Virus record (IMG/VR): IMGVR_UViG_3300021962_008580
Location: 1 to 54,709 of that record
Strand: one strand, 5' to 3'
Origin: a virus
Lineage: Duplodnaviria > Caudoviricetes
Length of the DNA stretch: 54,709 nucleotides
The notes below the pieces were generated by a model. It saw only the letters and a list, made by a program, of their open reading frames with translations. It did not search any database and was not told the DNA's origin. Shown here one piece after another: positions 28,076 to 38,320 of the stretch. Position 1 is the first letter of the stretch; every line of letters starts with the position of its first letter. The position numbers and the translations under genes were made by a program.

Positions 28076-31000
28076 TCACTTACTATTATCTATCTTACTG
28101 AACCCGTTTTCTTTTTTTATCTCAAGCTGTTTTTCCACCATATCGCGCATAGTATCTAAATGACTTATCACAATAATGAAGTCGAAGTTCGTCTTTAGGT
28201 AATCAAACAAAGCATGGACCATTGCCATATTGTCCGCATCAAGGGCGGAGAAGCCCTCATCTACAAACATAAAGTTCGGGCGTGGTAGGTTACTGATGTT
28301 AATAAGAGCAACTCTCAGTGCCAAAGCTGATATGAACTTTTCCATTCCAGAACACAATTCCAACGGCCATTTGCGATCTTCGTACTTTATATATACGTTG
28401 ACGTTCTTACCATCCGTTTCTATACCCATCGTAAATTCAACAATCTGGGATAGGATGTTATTGACCTCTTGTTCGATCTTGGGAACCGCTTCGGAAATGA
28501 TCTGATAAGGTATTCCGTCCTTACCGATTGAGGTCAAATAATATTGATAAGCAGCGAATTCTTCCTCCGCCTTCTCAGTTTCTTCTATTCTTTTCTTGAG
28601 TGTGGCAATTTGGTCAGAAAACGATACACGTTTACTATATGCTGCCATATACTCGTTGTTGAGGGATTTTTGTTCCGCGTTGACTTTTGATAACAACTCA
28701 CTAAGGCGGTCAATTTCTGTTTGAACCAACTTATTGGTTTCGACCGCTTCTTTGGACTTTTCATACAATTCTATCAACCCAAGAACTTCATCATATCTGG
28801 TTGTTCCTTTTTCTATGAATCTCAAACCGTTGGTATTGCTTAATTCCTTTTCGGTGATTTGATTGGAGATGGAGTCTCTTTGTTTAACAAGATCTAAATA
28901 TTTTTCTCTACTTTCAACGGACGGTATTAGATTTTCTATTTCTTTTTTCAATCCGTCGATAGAATCTTTTAGTTCTTTGGCTTCTTCTTTGTCTGAGACC
29001 AAACTCTCCTTAGCGGACATAGCATCCTTTACAAACACGTTATTACAACAATATTTGCAGTTTGGATCATATTCATGAGTTTCCAGATGTTTAATTTTGG
29101 CAATTTTATTAGCAACGGATGTTTTTAGCTTTTCAAAGGTAGACTCCAGTTTTTCCAGACTCTTGTTCTTTTGATTGTGTTTTACATAATCTTCTTCAAG
29201 CTTATTTCCGTCATAGTTTGAAACCGACCCATCAATTTCAGACTTTTTAGCTTTAAAAGATTCTATCTGACCAGCAATAGTTTTTAATCCAGATTTGGCT
29301 GTCTCCAGTTTATTTTTCAAATCGTCTCTTTCCTTGATAAGACCGTTGATATCAGTTGGAACGTTTTCGAGATTGATTATCTTTTTCTTTTCATCTTGTA
29401 TTTGGTCTTCAAGAGATTTCTTTTGCTGGTTTGATTGATCTTTTTTACCCACCAAATCGGTTATTTTGGCGTTCAATATTTCCGTGCCAGATTCCATATC
29501 CAGTATCTTCTTGGCATTATCTTCTTTATTGAAAGCCTTGATAGCTCCAGACAATTCTTTTGAACCGTTTGAAGCGGCGTTGTTCAGTTCATCGAAAATA
29601 TTTAATCCAATGAATTGGGACAAAAGTTCTTTTCGTTCGGTCTGACCCATGTCGATGAACGAACCTTGGTTTCCTTGGAGAGCAACGGATGTAAGAATAA
29701 AGTCGTCATATGTTCCAAGATAATCTCTTATGATTTCATTGGTACTTCTGCGAGCTTCCGAGTTCAATGAAACTTGTTCATCTCCGTTCAGCTTGTAAAA
29801 ATTGACATCAACTTTGACGTTGTTCTTTTTATCTCTTGCTCCTTTTCGTTCAATGACATAGGTTGTACCATTTATTTCAAATGTAAACTTTCCAGAAAAA
29901 TTCATCTTCTGGGAATTAAGAACGTGAGACGCTTTGAATGCTCTAGCACTCTTGTCAAATATAGTAAAACAAAGAGCATCCATCAACGAAGACTTTCCGC
30001 TCGCATTAGCAGCGAATAATCCATATACATCTCCGAGTTTGGTAAAATCAAGAACGTTGTCTTCACCATAACTGAACATATTACTAAATTCAAGCTTGAT
30101 CGGTTTCCAACGTATTCCTTTGGACTGATCATCTTTTTTCAACGAATCGTTGATTTTCTTGTTGATTTCTTTCACGGATTTCAGCGTATCTTCATCCATT
30201 ACTTCTGGATACTTCTCCTTCAGATATGTTTCTATAAGTTTGTTTTGATAGTCAACGTTTGTGATCTTGTTGAGATTGCCGACGATCTGGGCGTTTACTT
30301 GTTTCTTGAGATCATCTCCGTCAACTCTCATATACACCAAATCCGTGATTTGTCGTGTGTGTCTTATTTCCGCGATGATCTTTTTGACTTCACTTGCCAC
30401 ACTCTCTTTGCATCTTACACGAAGTTTTGGCTTCGATGGCATGGTTGATATGTCTGTGATCAGTTTACCGTCATCAATCTCTATTGTAAAATAACCATAA
30501 TCATTCTGAATTTCAAAATGATCAAATGTTCGGTTGGTTATATCCCAAACCGAAAATCCGTGATTGTCCAAAGTTTCTCCGTGGTTCTGTTGTATAAGAG
30601 AACCCGGATATCTGAAAATAGGACTTTTCTTTTTGCGTAGTCTTACTTTGTCGGTCAAAGAATGATCGTCTACAACTTCCCATTCGTCTGAGTCTGCTGT
30701 CTTGGCAAAAGCTTCCGCTTCTTCAACGGTCTGAACTTTGTCGATATAAAATGTTTGAGCCTTATGAATATCTCCGAGAGCAATTATATCATGTCCTTCA
30801 AAGAAAAGGGTATCTACGACCTTGTTTTCTATTATATATCCGATGTCAGTAAATACACCATGAACTCCTCCGTGGTACAATGCAATCTTTGTATCATATT
30901 GATTTTTGATCTTCTTGGTGATTTTTCCTATCTGGACGTATTTGTCTGGGTCATCAAACACGCTCATATTGTTGAACAGTATGTTTCCACAACCATACAA

Positions 31001-31384
31001 GCCGGTATCTTTCAAATAAAACAATTTGTCGTGATCAAGATTGTCAACCAATGGAGACAAACTATCAAGTCTGGTCTTGTTGGTAAGAAGACAGTCGTGG
31101 TTTCCACTTATAAGAATCGTGGGACGAAGATCTGCCAAAGTCTTCAAAAACTCACTAGCAAGCTGAATAGCTTCTGGGCTGAGATCTATTTTGGAGTGAA
31201 GCAAATCTCCGGCGATAAGAACAATTGTTTTTTCTGGGGTCGTCTTGACATACTTGTAAACCTTGTCGAACGCCTCTCTGTATTCTTCATGTCGTTTCAC
31301 CAAGCGAACATGCACGTCCGCAATGTGTACCATTTTTTCAACTATATCAAATCCTATATCCAGTTTAGTTACTGTATCCGCCAT
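28076..31384 (-). CDS. Fused SbcD/Mre11 nuclease - SbcC/Rad50 ATPase (T4 gp47-gp46-like)
   Basis: Nuclease motifs ADVH, GDLLH, GNHD, GDIH and YPGS. ATPase motifs NASGKSS, zinc hook CKYC, CSGMEK signature, VDEGF..LD and ISH. Confidence 0.92.
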   Translation of the reverse strand: MADTVTKLDIGFDIVEKMVHIADVHVRLVKRHEEYREAFDKVYKYVKTTPEKTIVLIAGDLLHSKIDLSPEAIQLASEFLKTLADLRPTILISGNHDCLLTNKTRLDSLSPLVDNLDHDKLFYLKDTGLYGCGNILFNNMSVFDDPDKYVQIGKITKKIKNQYDTKIALYHGGVHGVFTDIGYIIENKVVDTLFFEGHDIIALGDIHKAQTFYIDKVQTVEEAEAFAKTADSDEWEVVDDHSLTDKVRLRKKKSPIFRYPGSLIQQNHGETLDNHGFSVWDITNRTFDHFEIQNDYGYFTIEIDDGKLITDISTMPSKPKLRVRCKESVASEVKKIIAEIRHTRQITDLVYMRVDGDDLKKQVNAQIVGNLNKITNVDYQNKLIETYLKEKYPEVMDEDTLKSVKEINKKINDSLKKDDQSKGIRWKPIKLEFSNMFSYGEDNVLDFTKLGDVYGLFAANASGKSSLMDALCFTIFDKSARAFKASHVLNSQKMNFSGKFTFEINGTTYVIERKGARDKKNNVKVDVNFYKLNGDEQVSLNSEARRSTNEIIRDYLGTYDDFILTSVALQGNQGSFIDMGQTERKELLSQFIGLNIFDELNNAASNGSKELSGAIKAFNKEDNAKKILDMESGTEILNAKITDLVGKKDQSNQQKKSLEDQIQDEKKKIINLENVPTDINGLIKERDDLKNKLETAKSGLKTIAGQIESFKAKKSEIDGSVSNYDGNKLEEDYVKHNQKNKSLEKLESTFEKLKTSVANKIAKIKHLETHEYDPNCKYCCNNVFVKDAMSAKESLVSDKEEAKELKDSIDGLKKEIENLIPSVESREKYLDLVKQRDSISNQITEKELSNTNGLRFIEKGTTRYDEVLGLIELYEKSKEAVETNKLVQTEIDRLSELLSKVNAEQKSLNNEYMAAYSKRVSFSDQIATLKKRIEETEKAEEEFAAYQYYLTSIGKDGIPYQIISEAVPKIEQEVNNILSQIVEFTMGIETDGKNVNVYIKYEDRKWPLELCSGMEKFISALALRVALINISNLPRPNFMFVDEGFSALDADNMAMVHALFDYLKTNFDFIIVISHLDTMRDMVEKQLEIKKENGFSKIDNSK

Positions 31385-31388
31385 AAAA

Positions 31389-32366
31389 TTATTTGTTCAA
31401 CTTTAACATCATAAGACCCGAAAAGTCAAGGTAATCCGTTTTATTAATTTCTTCCATAGTTTTTTCAAAACCGAGAACGTTGGGATCTTTTCCTTTTAAT
31501 CTTACAAGCTTCACTTTCTTTCCAAGTGACAAAAGATAATCTGCGATTTCTATGGAACTTTTGAGAGCGTCGTCGTCAAGAACAATGTTAATCTCTGGAC
31601 AACTACTTGCCACAATAGCCGCTTTCAACTTTGGACTCATCGTTTTTCCAAACAACGGAATAGCGTTTCTTTTCAGAGAAATAGCGTCCAAAGCACCTTC
31701 ACACAAATAAATTGGATAAGACAAATCCACCAGATTTTCGAATCCGATTATATCCTTGGAACATTCGCTGTTTTTATATTTGTATGCATTTCCATCATAA
31801 TAACTTCTACAACTGTAGAAATTGAGATTGTTGTCCGCGTCATATGAAGGAAACACCAATCGATCTGCGAATGGTCCCTTACTACAATATCCTATGTTAT
31901 ACTTTATGATATCAGAATTGGTTATCTTTCTTTTCTTGGCGTAAGAACTTGCATGCTTGTATGCAAAACTTCCATCGTTGTTGAAAAGACTTTTGAACTC
32001 ACCGGGAAATGTAAGACCCTCTTTTTCTTCTTCGTTTTCCTTTCCTTCCAAATCAAACAACAATTGATCGTCAAAACTTTCGCTCGGAATATATTTGGGC
32101 TCAGACACCCCAAGAATTTTTTCCAAAGCGTCAAATTCACTGGGATTGGATTTCAGTTTCTTCAGCAAAGAAAATAACCCAATTCCCTTGGCATTACAGG
32201 TCCAACAATGCCATTGGTATGGTTTTTCAACTCTTACCTCTAGCTTGCGTTTATGGTGATTGCAGAACGGGCAGAAATATTGCAGGTTATTGTCCTTGCG
32301 CTTTCTGCCACTTTGTTTAAGTGTTTTGTCTACAAAGGTTGTTAAGTCTAAAATCTTTAACGACAT
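31389..32366 (-). CDS. DNA primase (Zn finger + TOPRIM)
   Basis: CPFCNHHK...CWTC, LCEGALDA and LDDDA motifs. Confidence 0.9.
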   Translation of the reverse strand: MSLKILDLTTFVDKTLKQSGRKRKDNNLQYFCPFCNHHKRKLEVRVEKPYQWHCWTCNAKGIGLFSLLKKLKSNPSEFDALEKILGVSEPKYIPSESFDDQLLFDLEGKENEEEKEGLTFPGEFKSLFNNDGSFAYKHASSYAKKRKITNSDIIKYNIGYCSKGPFADRLVFPSYDADNNLNFYSCRSYYDGNAYKYKNSECSKDIIGFENLVDLSYPIYLCEGALDAISLKRNAIPLFGKTMSPKLKAAIVASSCPEINIVLDDDALKSSIEIADYLLSLGKKVKLVRLKGKDPNVLGFEKTMEEINKTDYLDFSGLMMLKLNK

Positions 32367-32376
32367 TCAGACAACT

Positions 32377-32404
32377 ACTATACACAAATGGTCGTTTAGG
32401 TCAA
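32377..32404 (-). promoter_or_regulatory. Possible sigma70-type promoter for primase/Mre11-Rad50
   Basis: Minus strand reads TTGACC, 16 nt, TATAGT in the intergenic gap upstream of ATG 32366. Confidence 0.45.
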
Positions 32405-32410
32405 CTTATA

Positions 32411-32902
32411 TTAACCCGCCAAACTTAACACGATAGCATCATACATATCCTCGTTGCGCTTGTCATCGTTTCCCTTGGTATTTTTTATAATCCAAGGAGT
32501 CATATCATACATTTTTTCTATACTACTTTTTACAAATACCTTTGGCTTTACACCTTTAACTCTAGCCGCTCCCAACGCCCTTTTACGGGCAGTTTGAGCG
32601 TGAATAGACTCTACTTTCACACCATAATGATTTTCAAGTATATAACCAATTACTGCTTTGTTTTTAACCAGTTTGATAATGACTTGCTGTGATGTACCAC
32701 CACCCGCAAATCCAAAGAGGCTTTCTTCGATTATTATCTTTTCAAAAGACTGACCTTTTAAAGTTTCTATTATTAGATCGGATTTATCTTTATATGTTTC
32801 AACTTTGGATATATCAATAAAGCCAGCGTACAATATAGATCCACTTTCTGTTATAGCATATCCACAAGTTGTGGTGCTTAAATCTAGCCCCAACACTTTC
32901 AT
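32411..32902 (-). CDS. RuvC-like Holliday junction resolvase
   Basis: VLGLDLSTTTCG, IIIEE and the C-terminal D..DAI acidic residues. Confidence 0.85.
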   Translation of the reverse strand: MKVLGLDLSTTTCGYAITESGSILYAGFIDISKVETYKDKSDLIIETLKGQSFEKIIIEESLFGFAGGGTSQQVIIKLVKNKAVIGYILENHYGVKVESIHAQTARKRALGAARVKGVKPKVFVKSSIEKMYDMTPWIIKNTKGNDDKRNEDMYDAIVLSLAG

Positions 32903-32920
32903 TTATAACCTTTTATTTTA

Positions 32921-33232
32921 TCAAGCAGAAATACGACCGCCTGGGGCGTATGGCTTATCAACAGGAACTTTCAGCGTATTGGTAGAATACTCCAAAGCGT
33001 TCTCGGTAAAATTTGTTACTCCTTTTTGAGCATTGGTTGTAAATTCCTTTTGGGCCCATTCTTTACCCAGTCCAGCGGGACCATTATTGATCATGTCCGT
33101 TGCTCTAAAAGCAGGAGTTCCGGCATCTTTAGCGCTTCCACCACCAACGTTGGCCAAATCTTTGGAATCGTTGTATCTTGCTTCAAGATTTGTTGTTAAT
33201 GAAGTTCTTTGTATTGAAGGTAGGTCTGGCAT
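32921..33232 (-). CDS. Hypothetical protein (probably late-expressed)
   Basis: 103-aa ORF with an AGGAGA ribosome-binding site and an upstream ATATTTATA motif. Confidence 0.7.
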   Translation of the reverse strand: MPDLPSIQRTSLTTNLEARYNDSKDLANVGGGSAKDAGTPAFRATDMINNGPAGLGKEWAQKEFTTNAQKGVTNFTENALEYSTNTLKVPVDKPYAPGGRISA

Positions 33233-33266
33233 ATATAATTTCTCCTATTTTATTATAAATATAAGG

Positions 33267-36200
33267 TTATGTATCAAAACGGACGATAATATTGATGGGC
33301 CAATCAATTAGATTTTTTATAGGTTTGCCCAACTTTCCTATTGCTACCAACGACCCGTTGGTTTCGTCATATAGACCAATTGTGGTGATATATGGAGCTA
33401 GATAAGATCCTGTAAGGTCATATGACGAAGATGTCTGATAATTGAAGAAGTTTGGATCTACATCAAAGGATTTTTTACCACAATATCTATCAAGATAACT
33501 TATTATATCTTTGACATATCGTCTTGTTGAATTTTCATCGATATACTTTGGAAGTAGGGTTGGGGTTAGTTTGTTAGCGTAATATGCAACCAAAATAGCA
33601 CCGTCCTTGATATCAATTGTTCCGTTTCCATCAATGTCCAATAAACCAGTTTTTACCAGCTTATTTTCTATATAATCAAAAACCTCTTTGGTAAATGTGG
33701 TATATGAACTGCTGGTGAAAAATTCCGTGATTTCGGATTCTAGCAACAATACGTCTTCGGCTTCGGTTTGAAGAAGATCCATTCCCCACCAATCATAATC
33801 ATTCGGAGAATTGGTTTCCAACCCAAGTCCGTTGTCATATAACCTGGATTCATCTTGGAATCTTCTTTTGGTGAGATATTGCATGATGAAATTAACATCA
33901 TATAAATCAAACTTACCATCTTGATTTACATCGAACAGCAAAGGATCGGACACCAAAGAAGTTGGGTTTGTGCTATAATTGAACTCTCCCGGATTTATGG
34001 TTACAAGATATTCGTGCTCAAATATTGTGTGGGTTCCTTGATATTTCATATCAAAACCTCGACTGCCAGAATTGGTGAGTATATGATAATAGTTGGATGA
34101 AGTATTCGTCATTACCGCATATCCATTTCTATAAAACATATTTCCAAGATGTGGATTTTTAGAATAATCATCAAAATCATACACAAATACAGAACCACTA
34201 TAATTGTAAGGAAATGCTGAAGCGGATTGAACGTATGCGTCTATGATTACCGATTGAGAAACTGGGTCGGCGTAGTTGTAAATCGGAGCACCCACGGCCA
34301 AGAAACCATAACCCATCGCCACCGATTTTCCATATACATTGTATGGTTTATTTTCTTCTTTGTTTTGTCTTAGTATAGTTTCTTCGTTCCAATTGCCTAT
34401 ACCAGAATCATATCCATATATGGCCACTCTTCCTAAAACACCGTCTTCACTTCCGATTGATTGATACGAGCTACTTTCCAGTTCAAAGCTAGAAGAGTCC
34501 GAATTGTATGAAACAAGTTTTAACGGAGAATCTGTTTCATAGCTTACCGCGGCTTTTAATCCATCGATAGAAACCGATCTTCCAAAATTATTAACCGTTT
34601 CAAATGTTCTGTTACCAAATGTTTTATTGATCAAATAGAAAGAAGAGCTTGAATCGGCACATGGTCTAAAATTATAGAAGTATACCGCTCCAAGTACTTT
34701 TTCCAAATTTGTGGGAGCACCGTTGTATGGAGTAAATCCTTTGTCAAAATAACTTCCAATTGCCATATTGTCCCCATTCAAAGCAACGGCCATTCCAAAT
34801 CCGTCGTATGGCATTGTTATTTCATTTGCATATTCTGGAGAACTTATTGGTAAATCCCCAAAAGTTTCGTCCCCAACAATTATCATATACTCGGACCAAG
34901 ATGCCGTTGGACAATCATTGACAGAAGCAGAATAATATGAGCAAGTAAATAATGCAGCGTATCCGTTGCTTCCTGTCATATACGTTCCTATCAAAACTCT
35001 GTCATTGTTTGCTTGTAAGCACCATCCAAATTTATCTCCGATTTGACCTATACTGGAAGTCAGTACCGCTTCACGAACCCAAGTATAATTTCCAGATATG
35101 TATGTTGGGACATCCTCTGGAGAATACAATGGCGCCAACGAACTGGTGGAAATATAATCGCATGATCCACTATTCTCATATTTGTATCTTCTATAGATAT
35201 AAACCGAGCCGACTTCACTATTTTCGTATGGAGCACCAATTGCTAAAATGTCATCGTCCAATGAAACGCTTTGACCAAATCTACTTCCGGAATTATCTCC
35301 TGGTATAGTGTTGATGATTCCCCAGTTTTCTATTCCACCTTTATATTTGTCGTATACGTGTACACATCCAGTTTGTAAGCTTCCAGTGGCGGCGTCGTGT
35401 GGTGCTCCAACTGCTAGAAAAGCTTCATCAATGCTGACTGATGTTCCGTAGCCATCATCAATCAAATTGTTCATTGATCCACTTGCTATTACTTGATTTA
35501 CCGTGTCCATGTTTGGACCGTATTCATCAAATATTCCTTCATATGAATGAGGAGAATGTAATCTTCTTACCAATCTGTGCTTATCAAGATTGGTATCGTA
35601 TTTGTACAAAGCGGCATATCCATGCAAGCTTGCTGAAAGGCTAAATACATCCATAGGAGAACCGACGGCTATATATCTGTCCCAAACAGAAACGGATTCT
35701 CCAAAATGTTCTCCAGCCGGTTCAAATATATTGATAGAACCAGATTCATCATAATCCCAAGAACTACTATCTGGAAAATATTCAACTTGAAGACCCATTG
35801 CCATATATTCTTTGGCAGTCTGGGTGGTCAATATTTCCTGAGAAGAATCTGGATAAGTATAAACAAAATATCCGCTCGAAGTATTCCAATAAAACGGAGG
35901 AGGATATGTTTTTACAGCTGGAATTATTTGCTGAGTTCCAAAATGAGAACCAGAAGCATACAAATTGGTAAACCCGTCATCATAAATTTTGTATGTCTGA
36001 TTGAGGTTGGAGTTGTCTGTTATTTGAACCGACTTTGGTCTTATCTTTTCTCCCCAATAGCTGTTCAATATTCTAAATGTGGTTATTCTACCATTTATAT
36101 CTCTTATTTCTTGCCTGCCTGTAAATGGATCCGACCCAGCAACTTCAAGACCAAATACTTCAGCCGGATTATTTTTGTATCTGTAAAACATCGCATCCGT

Positions 36201-36425
36201 GACGTTATATACAACTCTTTTGTATTTTCCGCTTGGATTGATCGGTTCACTCAAACTGAAAGAGTGTTGATATTTGATTCCTTCGTTGATTTCTACAAGA
36301 TTTGAATAATATGTTGAATATCCGTTTGAATCATGTGCTCCTGACACAATGCTTTGTATGTTCCAGTTTTTGAATGTCTGGAATGGTCGAACAGATATAT
36401 CGCCTGCAGAAAACGATTTGATCAT
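33267..36425 (-). CDS. Virion structural protein with FG-GAP-like beta-propeller and dockerin/EF-hand-like loops
   Basis: Repeated FGxSVS...AVGAP...GxVxxY units, plus DVNQDGKFD and DIDGNGTID. C-terminus is paralogous to 36496..37641. Confidence 0.7.
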   Translation of the reverse strand: MIKSFSAGDISVRPFQTFKNWNIQSIVSGAHDSNGYSTYYSNLVEINEGIKYQHSFSLSEPINPSGKYKRVVYNVTDAMFYRYKNNPAEVFGLEVAGSDPFTGRQEIRDINGRITTFRILNSYWGEKIRPKSVQITDNSNLNQTYKIYDDGFTNLYASGSHFGTQQIIPAVKTYPPPFYWNTSSGYFVYTYPDSSQEILTTQTAKEYMAMGLQVEYFPDSSSWDYDESGSINIFEPAGEHFGESVSVWDRYIAVGSPMDVFSLSASLHGYAALYKYDTNLDKHRLVRRLHSPHSYEGIFDEYGPNMDTVNQVIASGSMNNLIDDGYGTSVSIDEAFLAVGAPHDAATGSLQTGCVHVYDKYKGGIENWGIINTIPGDNSGSRFGQSVSLDDDILAIGAPYENSEVGSVYIYRRYKYENSGSCDYISTSSLAPLYSPEDVPTYISGNYTWVREAVLTSSIGQIGDKFGWCLQANNDRVLIGTYMTGSNGYAALFTCSYYSASVNDCPTASWSEYMIIVGDETFGDLPISSPEYANEITMPYDGFGMAVALNGDNMAIGSYFDKGFTPYNGAPTNLEKVLGAVYFYNFRPCADSSSSFYLINKTFGNRTFETVNNFGRSVSIDGLKAAVSYETDSPLKLVSYNSDSSSFELESSSYQSIGSEDGVLGRVAIYGYDSGIGNWNEETILRQNKEENKPYNVYGKSVAMGYGFLAVGAPIYNYADPVSQSVIIDAYVQSASAFPYNYSGSVFVYDFDDYSKNPHLGNMFYRNGYAVMTNTSSNYYHILTNSGSRGFDMKYQGTHTIFEHEYLVTINPGEFNYSTNPTSLVSDPLLFDVNQDGKFDLYDVNFIMQYLTKRRFQDESRLYDNGLGLETNSPNDYDWWGMDLLQTEAEDVLLLESEITEFFTSSSYTTFTKEVFDYIENKLVKTGLLDIDGNGTIDIKDGAILVAYYANKLTPTLLPKYIDENSTRRYVKDIISYLDRYCGKKSFDVDPNFFNYQTSSSYDLTGSYLAPYITTIGLYDETNGSLVAIGKLGKPIKNLIDWPINIIVRFDT

Positions 36426-36495
36426 ATAACCAATAAATATTCGTTTGGATGGGTATTTTTAACATCCAACCCAATCAATATTCTAATTATTATAA

Positions 36496-37641
36496 TTAGA
36501 AGTCCAAGCGAATACGAATCAGACATTCGTTGGCGAAGTCTTTCAACACTGGTTGACTTAGTTTTGCGACAGCAACAAGATCGTTACTTTCGTTATACAA
36601 TCCAACCGTTGTGACATAAACCTTTGGATCCGTTGAGAAGTCGGCAAATCTTAGTTTACCGATATCTTGAGAACTTGCTGGATTATCTGTGTCGTTGATG
36701 ACGAAAGTAGGATTGTTGGAATAATTGAACTCTTGGTTCTTTACTCTAACAAAGAAATGGCGGGCTGGCACATATTCTGTGACTCTTGCTTGCATTGGAT
36801 ACAGATTGGAGCCCAATCGAATTGAAGTGAATAATAGACTGGACATTTTAGCATATCCACCCGACCATTGATTGTTTAGATAACTTAAATCTGGAGGATT
36901 GTCGGAGGCAGATCCTGTTGGCCCTGTTCTATATCCGTCAACAGCCCCAACCAATTGTTGAATTGATCTTGGATTTAATACAACTATTCCCAAATCCGGA
37001 TACATAGATCCAATAGCTTCATAGTATCTTGTGGCCAAAGAACCGCTTTCAATTGTTCCTTGAATCAAGTTGTACCTCTTACCACCAGTCTCGGTAGTTG
37101 TATTTGGATTGTCTCTTGAGTCATCAATGATTGTAATTGTTCCTTTTGAACCAGACAAAGTCATCTCAAATTGACCAGGATCCAAACGATCTTTGAACTT
37201 TGTACTTCTAAAGTTTACAACATAAATGTCATCCGAATCTATGGATGTTTGATTTCCGGCGATACTGGATGTAGCAAACGAAAACTTAGTATCTCCAGGA
37301 GTCAATAACAAATTGCGGTATTGATTGTATATAGCCTTGGTAGGATACAACAAACTTCCATTTGATGTGTTGGTATCAAACGTAGAAGAACCAGATCCGG
37401 CATAATGTCCAAAAGTCACTGAAAAATATACATCAGCGTCCGGCTGAGTAGAGCCTGTGTCATATACATTCAAATAATACAATCCATTCAAAGGTTCGTA
37501 TGCCGAAGCACTTGGTGTAGCTTGAAGAGAGCTTGTAAAAAATTGACTCCAACTAGTATTACCGTCGCTCCAAATACCAGTAGATACTGGTTGTGTTCTG
37601 CCAGCCACCAAATCCGTAGTTTCAAATGCTTTGAATATCAT
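36496..37641 (-). CDS. Virion structural protein (baseplate/fibre attachment)
   Basis: C-terminal EFNYSNNPT...YVTTVGLYN...LVAVAKLSQPV...IRLDF module; located in the tail gene cluster. Confidence 0.6.
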   Translation of the reverse strand: MIFKAFETTDLVAGRTQPVSTGIWSDGNTSWSQFFTSSLQATPSASAYEPLNGLYYLNVYDTGSTQPDADVYFSVTFGHYAGSGSSTFDTNTSNGSLLYPTKAIYNQYRNLLLTPGDTKFSFATSSIAGNQTSIDSDDIYVVNFRSTKFKDRLDPGQFEMTLSGSKGTITIIDDSRDNPNTTTETGGKRYNLIQGTIESGSLATRYYEAIGSMYPDLGIVVLNPRSIQQLVGAVDGYRTGPTGSASDNPPDLSYLNNQWSGGYAKMSSLLFTSIRLGSNLYPMQARVTEYVPARHFFVRVKNQEFNYSNNPTFVINDTDNPASSQDIGKLRFADFSTDPKVYVTTVGLYNESNDLVAVAKLSQPVLKDFANECLIRIRLDF

Positions 37642-37642
37642 A

Positions 37643-38269
37643 TTAGTCAGCGTTTACTGTTACAGGTATTGTGACCGATCCACCACTTTCATTTCCTACG
37701 ATGGTCAATGTGGTAGTGATAGTTTGTGTCAAAGCTGCGTTTGGTACAAAACGGAATCTCAAACCAACAGCCGTTTGAGCAGTTGTTGAGTTTACGTCAC
37801 CAATAAATGTAGGTATGGTTGCTGTGACGTTGCTGGACAGTTGTTCACCAATAATTGTTCCAGCATTCTTGTTAGCCAAAATAGCGGTATATCCAAGAGT
37901 AGTATTGTATGTGGGATTGGTGGCAGGAACAATAACAGATTCTCCAGAATAGTCTTTATTAACATTGATAGAGCTTTGACCAAGAGAAATAACTGGAATA
38001 GATGTTACTCCGGCTGGAAGGGTGACAAGCTTGTATTTCAAAACTTGGGTTTCATCTGTGAAAGCTTCAAACACTGGAGTATTACGAATGGCTAAATCAT
38101 AATAGGCTGAACCTTGAGGATGATTTGGCTGATACAGACGATAATCGATTTCGTCGTCTGCCAACGCAAAAGACGTAATGTTCAATCCTCCCTTAGCGGC
38201 AAGAATTTCTCTTCCTTTTTTGGTCAGGACGGCATCTACGGTGACTATTTCATTGTTAATGTATGCCAT
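37643..38269 (-). CDS. Virion structural protein (baseplate/tail-collar-like N-terminus)
   Basis: DAVLTKKGREILA...ITSFALADDEIDY followed by a beta-rich C-terminus; upstream ATATTTATA motif. Confidence 0.6.
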   Translation of the reverse strand: MAYINNEIVTVDAVLTKKGREILAAKGGLNITSFALADDEIDYRLYQPNHPQGSAYYDLAIRNTPVFEAFTDETQVLKYKLVTLPAGVTSIPVISLGQSSINVNKDYSGESVIVPATNPTYNTTLGYTAILANKNAGTIIGEQLSSNVTATIPTFIGDVNSTTAQTAVGLRFRFVPNAALTQTITTTLTIVGNESGGSVTIPVTVNAD

Positions 38270-38320
38270 ATATGTGAATTTGATTATAAATATATAGAAC
38301 TTTTGGTTTTTTCACTATTT

